Of a DNA stretch of 64,000 nucleotides, positions 23,339 to 37,700 are shown piece after piece. Positions within the stretch are counted from its first letter, which is position 1. Each line of letters begins with the position of its first letter. Both the position numbers and the translations under genes were made by a program. Below the pieces are notes generated by a model. It made no database searches. It was not told the DNA's origin and saw only the letters and a list, made by a program, of their open reading frames with translations. Source of the stretch: Octopus bimaculoides (taxonomy: Eukaryota); contig NC_068986.1 in the NCBI RefSeq assembly GCF_001194135.2, positions 68,480,343 through 68,544,342 of the forward strand. Reading direction: 5' to 3'.

Positions 23339-25950
23339 NNNNNNNNNNNNNNNNNNNNNNNNNNNNNNNNNNNNNNNNNNNNNNNNNNNNNNNNNNNNNN
23401 NNNNNNNNNNNNNNNNNNNNNNNNNNNNNNNNNNNNNNNNNNNNNNNNNNNNNNNNNNNNNNNNNNNNNNNNNNNNNNNNNNNNNNNNNNNNNNNNNNNN
23501 NNNNNNNNNNNNNNNNNNNNNNNNNNNNNNNNNNNNNNNNNNNNNNNNNNNNNNNNNNNNNNNNNNNNNNNNNNNNNNNNNNNNNNNNNNNNNNNNNNNN
23601 NNNNNNNNNNNNNNNNNNNNNNNNNNNNNNNNNNNNNNNNNNNNNNNNNNNNNNNNNNNNNNNNNNNNNNNNNNNNNNNNNNNNNNNNNNNNNNNNNNNN
23701 NNNNNNNNNNNNNNNNNNNNNNNNNNNNNNNNNNNNNNNNNNNNNNNNNNNNNNNNNNNNNNNNNNNNNNNNNNNNNNNNNNNNNNNNNNNNNNNNNNNN
23801 NNNNNNNNNNNNNNNNNNNNNNNNNNNNNNNNNNNNNNNNNNNNNNNNNNNNNNNNNNNNNNNNNNNNNNNNNNNNNNNNNNNNNNNNNNNNNNNNNNNN
23901 NNNNNNNNNNNNNNNNNNNNNNNNNNNNNNNNNNNNNNNNNNNNNNNNNNNNNNNNNNNNNNNNNNNNNNNNNNNNNNNNNNNNNNNNNNNNNNNNNNNN
24001 NNNNNNNNNNNNNNNNNNNNNNNNNNNNNNNNNNNNNNNCTATTCTTATTCTAGCAGCTACACTTTCAGCGCACCCTTTGATATTTAAATTGGACATATC
24101 AGGCTCAAATGTTCTACTTGTTTTATGGTTAAATCAGCCAGATCCAGCCTCTCACACTTACCCTACAATGTCATTCTTAAAATAAACTATCACACCATCG
24201 AAATATCAAAGTTACAAGACAATAGATGATAAATTCAAAACAACGTGAATAAATAAGCATTACATTTGACAGAGTAATCTGAATGCTAAAGGACTAAGAT
24301 CTGAGTTGTGGTTTATCATTTTAAAGGTTTCAAAAGAGTGAGATTGATATGTAGGCTAAGAAAAATATTAGATCTTTATCAAATAAGAATTATCACAGTA
24401 GCTGTAAATGAAAGTGCAAATATTTGCTTTGACAAAATGATATATGTACAGAGTTTTGCAAAGAGGACAGAACTTTTGAGTTCAGCAAGGTGCCAAGGAT
24501 TGAGATATCTAGCACGTTACTGTATTCAAGAAGACCCATCCTCCACAACAGAGGTGTTAAGGCCACTCCCCCTGATGAAGAGGATTGACCTTTTATGTGC
24601 TAGCATGACATAAAAGCGCTTGTACTGGTGCCACATTAAAAGCACCCAGTACACTATAAAGTGGTTGGCATTAGGAATGACATCCAGCCTTAGAAACCAA
24701 GCCAAATCAGACTGAAACCTGGTGGTTCAAACCATCAAACCATACCAAATGGAAAATGGATGTTAAAGGATGATTGAAATTGCAGCTCTAAACTTATTTC
24801 ACTTGTTGTCTCAGAAAGTAGCATGCAAAAGAAAAGACAGCTGGTGCTGCAGGCATATGGTGCATATGGAGGAAGAGATAAATGAAAGGAGACATACCAC
24901 TACGTCTAGGTTGGCAAGTAGTTGATAAAGAAGGACATTATATTACTAAAGATAAGCTGTTACATCTTCTGAAGGACCATGTTGATTGACGGTATGCAGT
25001 ACTCAAGAAGCCCCAATTTCCATGCATAAAACGTGTTTTAAGATGGAGGTAGTGATGCAAGCTTTGTGTGTGTATATCTGTAGATTGATATACATTTGCT
25101 GCCTCATTTGCATCTTTGACACTCATCTCCTTCCATCTTGCTCAGATTACTTCTTTGCATATCTCCCTTTGTCTGCTCTGATGTGCATTCAGAGCTTGCT
25201 CTGTCGAAGTATTTAAGATTCAAAATTATGTCAAACAATAAAATATTACAGATGGAAATTTATTAGTGTCATAGAAGAGGTAGCAAAGACTCCTGTCATT
25301 TCTTGAAAGTTCTTTCAACCTTTGATATTTAAATTGGACATACATTTCTAAAAAATTTATAATGAATAATTAAAAGGTAGGGGAGTGCCTGTGATCTTTT
25401 TCAGTACCTCCATTACTAGTAACAACAAGTTATCCTTCTTCATAACTTGGACAGAATTACACTGATCACTTTATAGCTGCCTTAAATATTGTATTTATTT
25501 TTACTTGTAGCTAGTTCTAAACCAAGTCAACCAATATCTGTGTTATGTTCATTTTTCGATGTTCATTATAACTGTTTTTACCCTTTTGTTACCATATTTT
25601 TTCAAAATAAACTACCTATGTTGCAATTAATTTTTTAAATAATGAAGAATTTATTAAAATAACTCTCATCATTAAGCTGGTATCTGGAACATAAATTAAC
25701 ATGAAATTTAGAAGGAAGGTTTTTAATTTAGATCATTTTAAAACAGGAAGTTTATATAGTAACTTGGGGTGGTCTCAGGTGGATTTCAATCAAGAGGGTT
25801 GAAACATTTTTCACAGTTAATGCCTTCAGCGTTCTTCCCTATTAGATATTATAGTTGTGCCTTGCTATTGCTATATGCTTGCAGCTACATGGTCAAAGCC
25901 ATTATGACTTGTCTTTGCAAAGGATGTAGCATGGCATCATATAGTTGCTT

Positions 25951-26218
25951 TTAACCCTTTAGTATTCAGATTACTCTCTGAAATGTAATGCTTATTTATT
26001 CACATTCATCATCGTCATCATCCTTTAACATCCGTTTTCCATGCTGGCTTGTTTTGAAATAATCATGCATTATCTCATAACTGAGATTCCAATGATGTGA
26101 TTGTTTATTTTTGGGATGACATTGTAGGGTAGGTGTTAGAGGCCAGATCTGGTCTCCATTTGAGCATAAAGTGGATTATTTGTGCTGGATATGGCTTGTT
26201 TAAATGCTAAAAGGTTAA
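25951..26218. mobile_element. piggyBac-type MITE with TTAA TSD
   Basis: TTAA|CCCCTTTAG...CTAAAAGG|TTAA; related copies near 24075-24296 and 62918-63126. Confidence 0.75.
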
Positions 26219-26392
26219 ACCACTACAATATTTATTAATCACCCTGCTTCACATTTGTATAACTACTGTAACTCTTAAATTTCTCTCTACTGCCATCTTG
26301 AAAAGTTAAATATATTATTTCTGTTTTACTCTTTTTTGAAATTTGATAATATTGTTTAAAATGTATAATCATTTTTCTTCTTTACAGTAACA

Positions 26393-26503
26393 ATGGTGCT
26401 GGAAGATGATGGCCGCTTCAACTTTATGTTGCAACCCATCCGTGATCTGACTAAAAATTGGGATGTTGATATTGCTAGTCATCTTGAGGACTACTTAGAA
26501 GAG
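26393..26503 (+). CDS. NCAPH2: NCAPH2 coding exon 1 ([37 protein letters not shown])
   Basis: Acceptor tttacag at 26387, ACAATGG start context, donor GAG|gtgggc, phase 0. Confidence 0.96.
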
Positions 26504-29500
26504 GTGGGCAAATATTAATTTATCAAAAGATTATATTGTATCATACTTGTTTTCTAGTTTCACATTGGTTTGTCTACATACACAGATAAGTTATCGGGGT
26601 GAAGATTATAAAATAGTCCAATGAGTAAATAAACTGGACTAGTAATTCAGTATTTATTTATTTTATATCAGCTATTATGAACAATAGCATAACTGGTTTC
26701 AAGTTTCCAAGGGCAAGGGAAGTGCCTATAACTCAGGGCAGAACAAATATCATAATCCAAAGAGCAGTGTTTTAGTTTTCTCGTCACTATACATCTGTGA
26801 AAGATATGCACATGCATACCACTAATATTTTTATGTCCACTTTTCTATGCTGACATGGGCTGAATAGGTTATTACAGTCCAAGTTAGATTTTATCTGGAG
26901 TTACAACCATCCTTGATGAGGCAAGGACCATAGCTTGCTAGAACAGCATTTTTGGCATAGTTTCCACAGCAGGATATCTTCCCTATCACCAACCACTTTA
27001 CAGAGTCTGCTAGGTGCATTTTATCATAGCTCCAGCATTAAAGAGTTGTCTTGTTCCTTGGCAAAACAACCTACATCATCTCTGTTCGATTTCTATTCTA
27101 CATTGTCTCCATTTAATCATTCATTGGCACCCAAGAAACTCCCTTACCTTCCCTTGTAAGACTAAAGAGGGCCTCCTCTTTCTTGTGTTGTCTTAGCTTA
27201 ACTATTCCTTACTTTTCTATCCTGTTGTATGGTAAAAGAACAAGAGAGAGAAGGTGATATAGGATAGAGTATTAGTGAAAGCCAGAATGATAGAAGTGAG
27301 AAGTGATGGAAGACAGAAAATTGTGATATGTAGCTAGATGTCGGTTGATGGTTAAGTCACTGAAACAACATGATTGAGATTTAAGTGTATTAAGTGTTTC
27401 CAACAAATGTGTGTGTGAGTCTGAATTTGTGAAGACAAAGTGATGGGGAAGAGCATAATGGAAGAGAGAGAGAGACAGGGAGAAGTAGTAATAGAGGTGG
27501 GTGATGGTGAGAGAGAAAGAGAGAGTGAGATGTCAAGGAGATAGAATAGAGGGAGAGAGAGAGAGAGAGAACATGTCAAAGGGATAGAACAAAGTGCTGA
27601 GAAAGAGTGACAAGTAGTAATAGAAGTGAAGTGGTGGTGAGAGAGAAAGAGAGATGTCAAGCAGACAGAAGAGAGAGAATATGACAAATGATTATTTGTT
27701 GGGAGAGCAAGAAAGCCCATATGTAGATATTATACATCTCAATCTCAATCACCATCATCATCATTGTTTCTGTATGGGGGGCAGGGGTCTTCTAAAGCAC
27801 ACCACTTGTCATAGTCTTTCATCCCCTTCATGCAATTCAGCCATTTGAAATCAGTCTTTACTACTTCTTCCCATGACCACCTCTTCTGCAAGTTCCATCC
27901 ATTTTACACCATTGATAACCTCCATCTATGTCTGTCGTCATCATCATCATCATCATCATCCTTTAACGTCTGTTTTCCATGCTGGCCTTCACTGGACGGT
28001 TTGAGCTGGCAAGTAGGAGAGCTGCACCAGGTTCCAGTCTGATTTGGCTTGGTTTCTATGGCTGGATGTCTTTCCAACCACTTTATAGAATGTGCTGGGT
28101 GCTTTTCATGTGGCACTGGCACAAGTGCTATTATGTGGTGCCAGCACAGGTACAGTCTTCTCTTTTGCACATTATATCTGATGCTTCTTAGATCAGTTTT
28201 TTCTCAGCTTGTTTGTATTCTGTTGTTCATGAACACTAATGTTCCACATTCAGCAGAGCATGCTTACTTCATTTTTATGTAACTTTCACAAATTTCCCAC
28301 AATCAAACTCCAAGTCTTACTACCATATTGTATTGCACTTCATAATGCAAGCATCAAGTGATTTGTGTATGTGTGTACCATCATCATTATCATCGTTGTC
28401 ATCATCATTGTGTTAACATCCACTTTCCAAGGCTTGCATAAGCAAACAGAAATTGTTGAGGATGAATTTCCGTGATCAAATGCCTTTCGTGTCACCAGCC
28501 CCCACCTGCTTTCAAGCATGGTAATATTTCTCATAGCCAGACGTGTTTTCACAGAAAACTTGAAGCAGACGACATTGCTTGTTTAATAGTGATCCTCACT
28601 TACACATTGTCAAGACAAGAAGACACAAATACACACACACATACGTATATATTTACATCAGAAAATGAGATGACTAAGGAGTAAACAATTATCTTATGAA
28701 CTTCATTAGCTTACTGCTGTTTCTGCTATAAGATGCAGTGGACTCATAGTTAAGTGCCTGTGTAACACCTTATAGCTTCTATGCTGGCATGAGTTGGACA
28801 GTTTGACATAGCACTGGCCAGCCAAAGAACTGTCCAGATTCCAATTGTCTCTTGTGACATGGTTTCTATGGCTGGAGGCCCTTCCTAATGCAGCCACTTT
28901 ACAGAATGTGCTGGGTGCTTTTTACATGCTACTGGCACAGATGCATTTATGCAGCACTGGCATGAGTGTATTTATGTGGCACCAGCACCTGTAAAGGACA
29001 AGCCTGTATGTATGGATGATGGCAATTTTACTTAGCTTAGCACATCTTCTCAAGTACAGCAAATTGCCACAACTACTGGTCTCTTGTCATTTCCTCAGTG
29101 AGGCCCCACATCCAAAGACCCTTTCACACCACTTTGTCTCATGTCTTCCTGCGTATACCTCTTCCACAGGTTCCCTCCATAATTAGAGCTCAGCATTTCT
29201 TTATGCAACTGTCTTCATTCATCCATATGCATTACATGACCAAATCAGCGCAGTCTTCTGTCTTGCATGCAACATCGGATGTTTTTCTCTTAAATCATTC
29301 ATACTCTGTCATGCATGCACACTGACATTACCCATCCAGTGGAGCATGCTAGTCTTCACAAGTCCTCTAGTCAAAGCCCATGTTTCACTGCCATGTAGCA
29401 TGGCTGTATGTACACAGGCATCATACAATCTGAGGGAGAGGCCCTTAGAAGCTCTCTGGACTTACCCAGCCCATTCTTATTCTAACAACTACACTTTTAG

Positions 29501-32500
29501 AACTTCCTCCTCCACTGCAAACTTGGATGCCTAGGTAACAGAAGCTGTCTACTACTTCTAATGATCTCCACAAGCATTTGAGGGAGTCTATGCATTTTCA
29601 GTGCTTATTGTATCCGCACATTTGCCACAGATAAAAACTATTTCTGTTAACCTTCCTATGATACCACTACACCTCTTATGTGTCCAAAACTTGCACTGGA
29701 TACAACATATGGAGTTTCCACCAACAGCCTTCTTACATCTTAAAGTAAGGTGATCTGCCTGAAGGGTCTTATGATTTATCTGTTTTCCTACTTACTAAGA
29801 CTTTGGTTTTTGCTAAATTAGCTCTAAGGCCCTTAGATTCCAGGCGTTGCTTCCACACCTGAAATTTCTTCTCTAGCCAGGTAGTGATTCAGCTGTAAGA
29901 ACAAGGTCATCAGTGTAGAGGAACTCCCAGAGGCTGCTGGTCTTGAAATTCCTCTGTTAAGGTCTGGAGGACTAAGATGAAGAAGAGGGAGCTGAGAACT
30001 GATCCTTGGTGAACTCCTACCTGTGCACTGAACTCATTGCTATACTTGTTACCAACCTTTACTTTACTGGCAGCATCCATCTGCATGGCCTATACAGCTC
30101 CCACTAACCGCTCATCTATTCCTAGCTTCTGCATTGACCACCAGATTAAGAAAGCAGAGGACCTTGTTAAAGAATTCCTCCATGTTGACAAAAGCCAAGT
30201 GCAGAGGTTTATTTTTGGCTAAATACTTCTCCTGAAGTTGTCTAACCAAGAATAACACCATTTGTACTTCTACTTGGCACAAATCTAAACTGCATCTCAT
30301 CTACACTTACTCTCTTCCTAATTAATTAAGCTATGGCCCTTTCTATGACTTTCATCTTCTGCTTCATCAATTAGATGCTTCTGTTATTATTTCTGTTTAA
30401 GTCATCACCTTTGCAGCAGCTGACTATAATGCTGCTACACCAGTCAGTAGGTACAACTCCCTTATGGACAACCTGCTTAACTATATGTTTGACTAGGCTA
30501 TATTCCACTCCATCAGATATTTTAAGCATCTCAATGGTGATTTCTGGTGGGCTTTCCCTGTCTTCATATTCTCAATTGCTTTATCTACCAAGCCTCTGTT
30601 GATTCAGATAGCTGGTCCCTCAGTTGGATCTACATAAGGCAGATTCTCCTTCTCCCTTGCATTTCTGGATGGCTTAGTGGTTAGGGTGTTGCACTCGTGA
30701 TTGCAAGATTGTGGGTTCGATTCCCAGACCGGGCTTTGCATTGTGTTCTTGAGCAAAGTACTTCATTTCATGTTGCTCTGCGATTATTTCGACATCTGAC
30801 ATGTGGCACCTAGTTGCACCTGTACAGGTAATGTCGATTTGATGGAAGGAGTAAGCTTATGTCTACACAAAAACATTTGATCACTATAAACAAATCGTCT
30901 GTGTGGTTGTTCCGTAAGAAATTGTTGAACCCTCATACGTCATCTAATGATGGGAGAGTCCGTTGTATATATATATACTGGGTGCAGCATATATATTTAC
31001 CTATTATTCATTTTATCATAAAATAAAGTTTAAGGTTTTGATGTAAGTTTACAGGTTGATTATTGACAATATTTTATATATTCCTGTGCAGGGGGCACGT
31101 AAAAAACACCATTTTGAGCGTGGCCGTTGCCAGTACCGCCTGACTGGCCCTCGTGCCGGTGGCACGTAAAAGCACACACTCTTGGAGTGGTTGGCGTTAG
31201 GAAGGGCATCCAGCTGTAGAAACTCTGCCAGATCAGATTGGAGCCTGGTGCAGCCTTCTGGTTTGCCAGTCCTCAGTCAAATCGTCCAACCCATGCTAGC
31301 ATGGAAGGGGACATTAAACGATGATGATGATGAGGATGATTTACCATTCAAAATGGCCACCATTTGCTTTTCACTGTAACCCTTAATTCTTTATACCATC
31401 CATTTTCAATGTTAGACTTTGTTCATGTTTTGTTTGAGCTGCCATACTTACTTAAGGGTAAGCAATAAAACAAAGGAACGTTAGGAAGCATTATATGACA
31501 TTTGCAACTATTTTTGCAAGTAAAAATGTTTCAATTTGTATTAGGGGTAAATTTATATATTGCACCTGGTAAGTAGGTGTGTGTGTATTTATATGTATAG
31601 ATAGGTAGATAGACTTCTACAGTTTCCATCTAACAAACTTGAACTATGAACAAAGACACTTGCTTAAAATGACTTGTACTCTGAGTTCATATCTTCTGCA
31701 GGGATTTTATTGTGTATCTGCACAGGAGAAATGCATATTAATATCCTTCAGAAAGGTATGGAGGGCACAAAATTTCCAAATAATTGTTGCTTATTTACAA
31801 ATAAACTTGGGAAATAAAACGCATGGGAGATAATTTCTATCATGGTTAAATTTCATAACTTCAATATAATTCTGATTTATTTGTTTTTAAAGATTTCATT
31901 CACATCAATTTCTTTATAGTTTACACCAGTCATTCCTCTATTTTATTATAAGAGTAACAATTTGTAGAACACTGGGCTGAAATGCTGTGTTCAATCTTGT
32001 TCTTTTTAAATTTTAGTTTAAATGCTCCCCAAGTTATTTGTTTTTATCCCTCATGAATTGATTAAATAATGTACTGAGCCTATACATTAGTTTATACTTA
32101 TCACTTGTAAATTTATGGCTAAATACCAATATGATGTATCATTATTAATTTTTAAATGTTTTTTATTTGTTTGTTTTTCAAAGAAAATATAACAGTTTGT
32201 ATTTCATTCTTTTTCAGTTGGAAAATGTAGCTATAACCTTTGACGGTGGGCGAACGATGAACTTTGCCGAAGCTGCACTTCTCATACAAGGTTCAACGTG
32301 TGTCTATAGTAGAAAGGTGAGGGAAGATTTATGGTTGTTTCACTATAAAATCTGGAGTTAGAGTAAAAGCGAAAGCAATAAAATATGTAATGAAACTGTT
32401 TTTATGATACACTCACCATCATCATCCTTTGACATCCATCTTCCATGCATGCATGGGTAGGAGCCGGCCAGGTAGAAAAATATCTACCCTAGGCTATTGT

Positions 32501-34735
32501 CTGTTTTGGCAAGGATTTTACAGTTGGCTGCCCTTCCTAACACCAACCACTCTGCAGAATACTTTTCACATGGCACTAGCACAGGCAAGGTTAGTTTTGG
32601 CATGATTTTTACAGCTGGATGCCCTTCCAAACGCCAACCATGTTACAGTGTCGACTGGATGCTTTTAACGTGGCACCAACACTGTCAGAGTAACCAAGTA
32701 GCTCATAAGACAAGGAATTATGAGGTGGGCAGGGTATTTGAGGAGGGGAACTTCAGAGGATGAAAGGTTAAAGTGTGACAGAGAGACAGGAGTAGGTGTC
32801 TTGCCACAACTGAGAGGGCATTAGAGGAGGTGATCCAGTATCAGATGATGAAAGGTTAGTGTAACAGAGAAATAGAGTGGCAGAAATGGGTGTCTTGCTA
32901 TAGAGGAGGTACATGGTTACCCAGTGAGAGAGAGAAAATAGATAGAGAATGAGAGAGAGGTACAAGAAAGTGGCCAGAAATAAGTATGCTGATGTTAAAG
33001 AGATAGTTGGTTACCTAGTCAGAGAAAAAAACAAGAGAAAGTGAGAGAGAGAGAGAGAGAGTAGGAAACAGCAAAAGAGAGATGATGTAGTGCTAGGGTA
33101 TACTCACGAGTAACAAAGATCTAAGCATTGAAATAAGATAGAAAAATAGTGTGTGGGTGTTGGGTGTGAGGGGGAGCAGTGATACAGTGAGCAGGGCAGT
33201 GAAGGTAAGAAAAAGGATTGGCAAACAATCATAATTTATGAAGAGGAAATGTGAGGAAGAGAAATTTTGCAGATAGAAGAGGAGTTATAGTTTAGTTTCT
33301 TCAGGTAGAGCAGGTGAAGTGTTGTTACATGTGGGTGGGACACAATTCTTCTAGCATTTAATGTCTTTTCCATACTAGCATGGGTAAGATGGTTTGTCAG
33401 GCTCCAATCTGTTTTGGCTTGGTATCTATGGCAGAATGCCCTTCCTAATGCCAATCACTCCACAGAGTGCACTGGGTGCCTTTTACATGTCACTGGCATG
33501 GGTACCTTTTATGCGTCACTGGCACAGATACCATTTACGAGTCACCATTACTTGTCATGACTACGATTTCACCTAGCTTGACATTGGCCATAATTATGAT
33601 TTCACTTAGCTTGACACACTGTCTATGGCTATGATATATTTTATGTAGCCAAAGTCCAGCAGATTAATGTGAGCAATTCTAACTTAAATATAATTAATTT
33701 AAAGTAATCCCTTGGTTTAAGATTCCTTTCATGTTTTATTAACATATTTTGTTATTTTTCCTGTCTCAGGTTGAATATTTATATGCATTAGTTTATGAAG
33801 TCTTGGATCTTTTGGTTAACAAAAGGTAAGTAATACTTAACTTGCAAAATCTGTTTTAAAATTTAACTTTTCTGTTTCTTGTCTTTTAAGTTATTTACTT
33901 ATTTTCAACATTGTTGTCGTTATCATTCTTTTAATGCCATCTTTTCCATGCTTGCATGGGTCATACAATTCATTGAGGCAGATCTGTGGTAATTCCTTCT
34001 GGGTTCAAATGCTGCCAGGGTTGACTTTGCCTGTCATCCTTTCAGAGTCAATAAAATAAGTACCAGTTGAGAACTGGGGTTGATGTTATCGACTTAGCCT
34101 CTGCTCTGAAATTGCTGGCTTTGTAACAAAATTTGAAACCAACATTTCCACTTGGTCAGACATACTCTTCATGGAAAATTGGAAACGAAGGACACTGCTT
34201 GTATGACTGATATTCATTTATAATTGTTACACAGTGTCAAAACAGGGAGATACTAACACACACATACATGCACACACACATTTATATACATATATATAAT
34301 AATAATAATAATAAGTAACTACAAAAGAATGACACGTCGATATTAAAATAGAGGATTATTTATATATGTTATAATTTAGAACAAACAGTAAAAGGTTGTC
34401 ATTTTAGTACTCGGAGTTTCGAATATCAGAGCAAAGAACTACGATACATTCTCATGAGCTACTAATGGCAACAGATGCTATGAAAAACTGTTGAATAAAA
34501 GGGAAGTTACTCTAATAGGTAGAAAAAGAAAAAGGTTAAAAAATACATGCAACCATAGTCTCACAATACATAGACATAAACCTCCTGCGTTCACATCTAC
34601 ATACGTACAAACGTATTCATACATACACGTATCCATACACACACACATGTATATGTGTACGCAACCTCAACCTCATATACACATAGGTGCTTACATGCAT
34701 ACACGTAATATAATACATATATATTTAGACATTTG

Positions 34736-34785
<50 letters not shown>

Positions 34786-37700
34786 CATATATATATATAT
34801 ATACAGACATACATTCACACTCCTGCATATATACAAGCATATGCATATCCGTATAAATAAAGGGGGCTTGTGCATGAAAGTCGCACATATGCACCGGGTA
34901 GTCTTACATTCATATACATACATATACACATTCACACATATACACATACATATACACACACATGTACACACTCACACAGTTAAAAAGGAAAAAATGAAAA
35001 AATATGTATTAAAAATTATTGGAAGTTAATCATGGGAAAGCTTGTGCAGGAACATAGTAGAAATGTGGATTCTGACTGTGATCTTGGGGTGGGGGGGCAA
35101 AACTGTAACAGGTATTTTGTGAAATGTAGACATGATCCAAAAAGTTCAGCTCTTGAATTTAAACATGTAGTGGGGTCAAAAGACCTTTTCCGGATGAGCC
35201 ATCTTTCCATATTACAAAGACCACACTTACCACTATCTTAGGTATGTTTACACTTGGCTAAGATCTTCCAGTAAATTTTGTAGTTGACACCTTGTTCTTT
35301 TAATAACCACACATAACTGGATAATTTGGTAGTTTTTCGTTTATTCCAGTGCCTGGAGCTTAAGGTGTAATTGTTGAATCTTGCTTTGAAATTTCCCTCC
35401 ATGAGACTCACATATCTCTTGGATGAAACTGTATTATTAGTGTTCGTAGAATTTACAGTGGCTTCATAAATAATGGCTTTGGTCATACAGGCTCCATTTA
35501 GTGGGCACAAGTCTTTCTCCATGCAGGAACAGTTTTTCGATGGTTTTTCATAGTGTCTGTTGCCATAAATAGCCGATGCGCTATTCACTCTCTTCTCCAA
35601 CATTTGAAACTCCAAGTACTTTTACTGTTTGTTCTAAATTATAACATATATACAGGGGTTGGGCAAAATAATGGAGACACCTTAAAATTTCTAACAATTT
35701 TATTTTGATATGGGGAAGGACTGCCTTTGGCAGTAATTACAGCTTAAATTCTATGAGGTATGGACTCACACAAAGTTTGAATTGTTTCCAGAGGAATTTT
35801 TCTCCATTCTTCAGCTAAAACAGTCTCCAGTTCTTGTGATGATGGTGGAGGATATCAACTCCTTACTTGTTTTTCTAAAATGCACCATAAATGTTCAATA
35901 ATATTAAGATCTGGGGACTGTGTTGGCCAGATAAGATGTTCAAGTTCGCTAGAATATTCTTCGTGCCATTCAGTAACAACTTTAGCTGTGTAAATTGGTG
36001 CATTATCATCCTGAAAGATTGTGTTTCCCTCCAGAAACAGCTCCGCAAACAGGATGAATTTGATCAGCTGGTGGTCAGAAATAAGGTAAGGGATGACTCA
36101 TCCGAGAAAATAGCATTCTTCCACTGTTCTGGGGACCAATTCTGTAGATTTTTCCTCCACTTTAAATGCTTTGCAACATTTGTTTTTGAAAGTAGTAGTT
36201 TTCTGATTGCAACCCTCCTGTGAAATCTGGCTTTCTGCAGCTCCCGGCAAACAGTTTTTGTGGAAACTGGGTTCACGAGTTTCCACAAACTCATTACTGT
36301 GTTAAGCTCTGCAGTAATTTTGGGAGCTGTACTTCTGTGATCCTTTCTAACAATTTGCGTAAGAGTCCGACGCTCCCTATCTGAAAGTTTTGGTTTTCTT
36401 GAGACAGTACTTCTTGATACACCAAACATTTCGGCAGTTTTTGTTACGCTAGCGCCTGCCATACGAGCACCAACAATTTGACCTCTTTGAAAGTCCGATA
36501 GATAATATTTAGAATATATTAGTTTCAGATCCAGCAACTTTGAGTGGGGCAGTTAGTCAATTACATCAACCCCAGTACTCAACAGGCACTTATTTTATCT
36601 ACTCCGAAAGGATGAAAGGTAAAGTAGACCTTGGCAAAATTTGAACTCAGAACATAAAGATGGATGAAATACCTTTAAGCATTTTGCCCAGCATGCTCAT
36701 CACCTTATATTTATTGGATTGGTGCATAATTAATGACCTTTTTTTTTTTGTTGTAAATTAAATTAATTATGCATCAACCCAATACAATATAATAAAATTT
36801 CTGATTTACGAAATATGAATTGTTACCTTTCTGTTGATGCTATCCTTATTCTGATGCTCATTTCCTCTATTTTCCTAAGTAACTGTATTTAATGTCTTCT
36901 CCATTGCTATTCAACAGAAGAAAGGATTAGCATATGGGCTGCAGCTTACTCATCAGCTTATGTTTTTATTGCTTTCTTCTTCTTCTCAATTCTAGACGGA
37001 ATAAACAGAGCAATAACAAAGATAACAATGCAGCCGATGATCCTGATGTCACATTTGGTGGAGATGACGAAGAGGTATGTCATAGTTCATCTCACTTGAT
37101 TCTACTCTTTCCCCTTCTATCATTTGCGATAACCTCAAGAAGGCCTATATTGGTTGTGAGCTAATCATAAAGAGCAACAGCAAACATTCTAGGTCTGGGT
37201 CCTATAGGCTAGTAAGGTAAGTCACAAGGAATTGCATGAGTTTAAGCACATTATTGTTATCATCATCATCATACACCATTTTGAGCGTGGCCGTTGCCAG
37301 TACCTCCTGACTGGCCTTCGTGCCGGTGGCACGTAAAAACACTCATTACACTCTCGGAGTGGTTGGCGTTAGGAAGGGCATCCAGCTGTAGAAACCCTGC
37401 CAGATCAGATTGGAGCCTGGTGCAGCCATCTGGTTCGCCAGTCCTCAGTCAAATTGTCCAATCCATGCTAACATGGAAAGTGGACGTTAAACAATGATGA
37501 TGATCATCATCATCATCAGTAATAATAATAATATTTTGTCTTGTGCCATCCTTAATGTTTTTCTTAATGTAAACCCTTTGTGGTTAATTAAGAAATCATC
37601 ATCATCATTGAGTAGGAGAGCAGCACTTGCCATCAAAGTGATGCTGGGGTGCAAATATACGAAGCCCAATACATCCATATGACTACTTGTCTGATAAGGA

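Noticed and set aside
27240-27700. Purine-rich AG tracts (also 32750-33230)
   Set aside because: Low-complexity parts of recurring repeat elements; no specific function supportable
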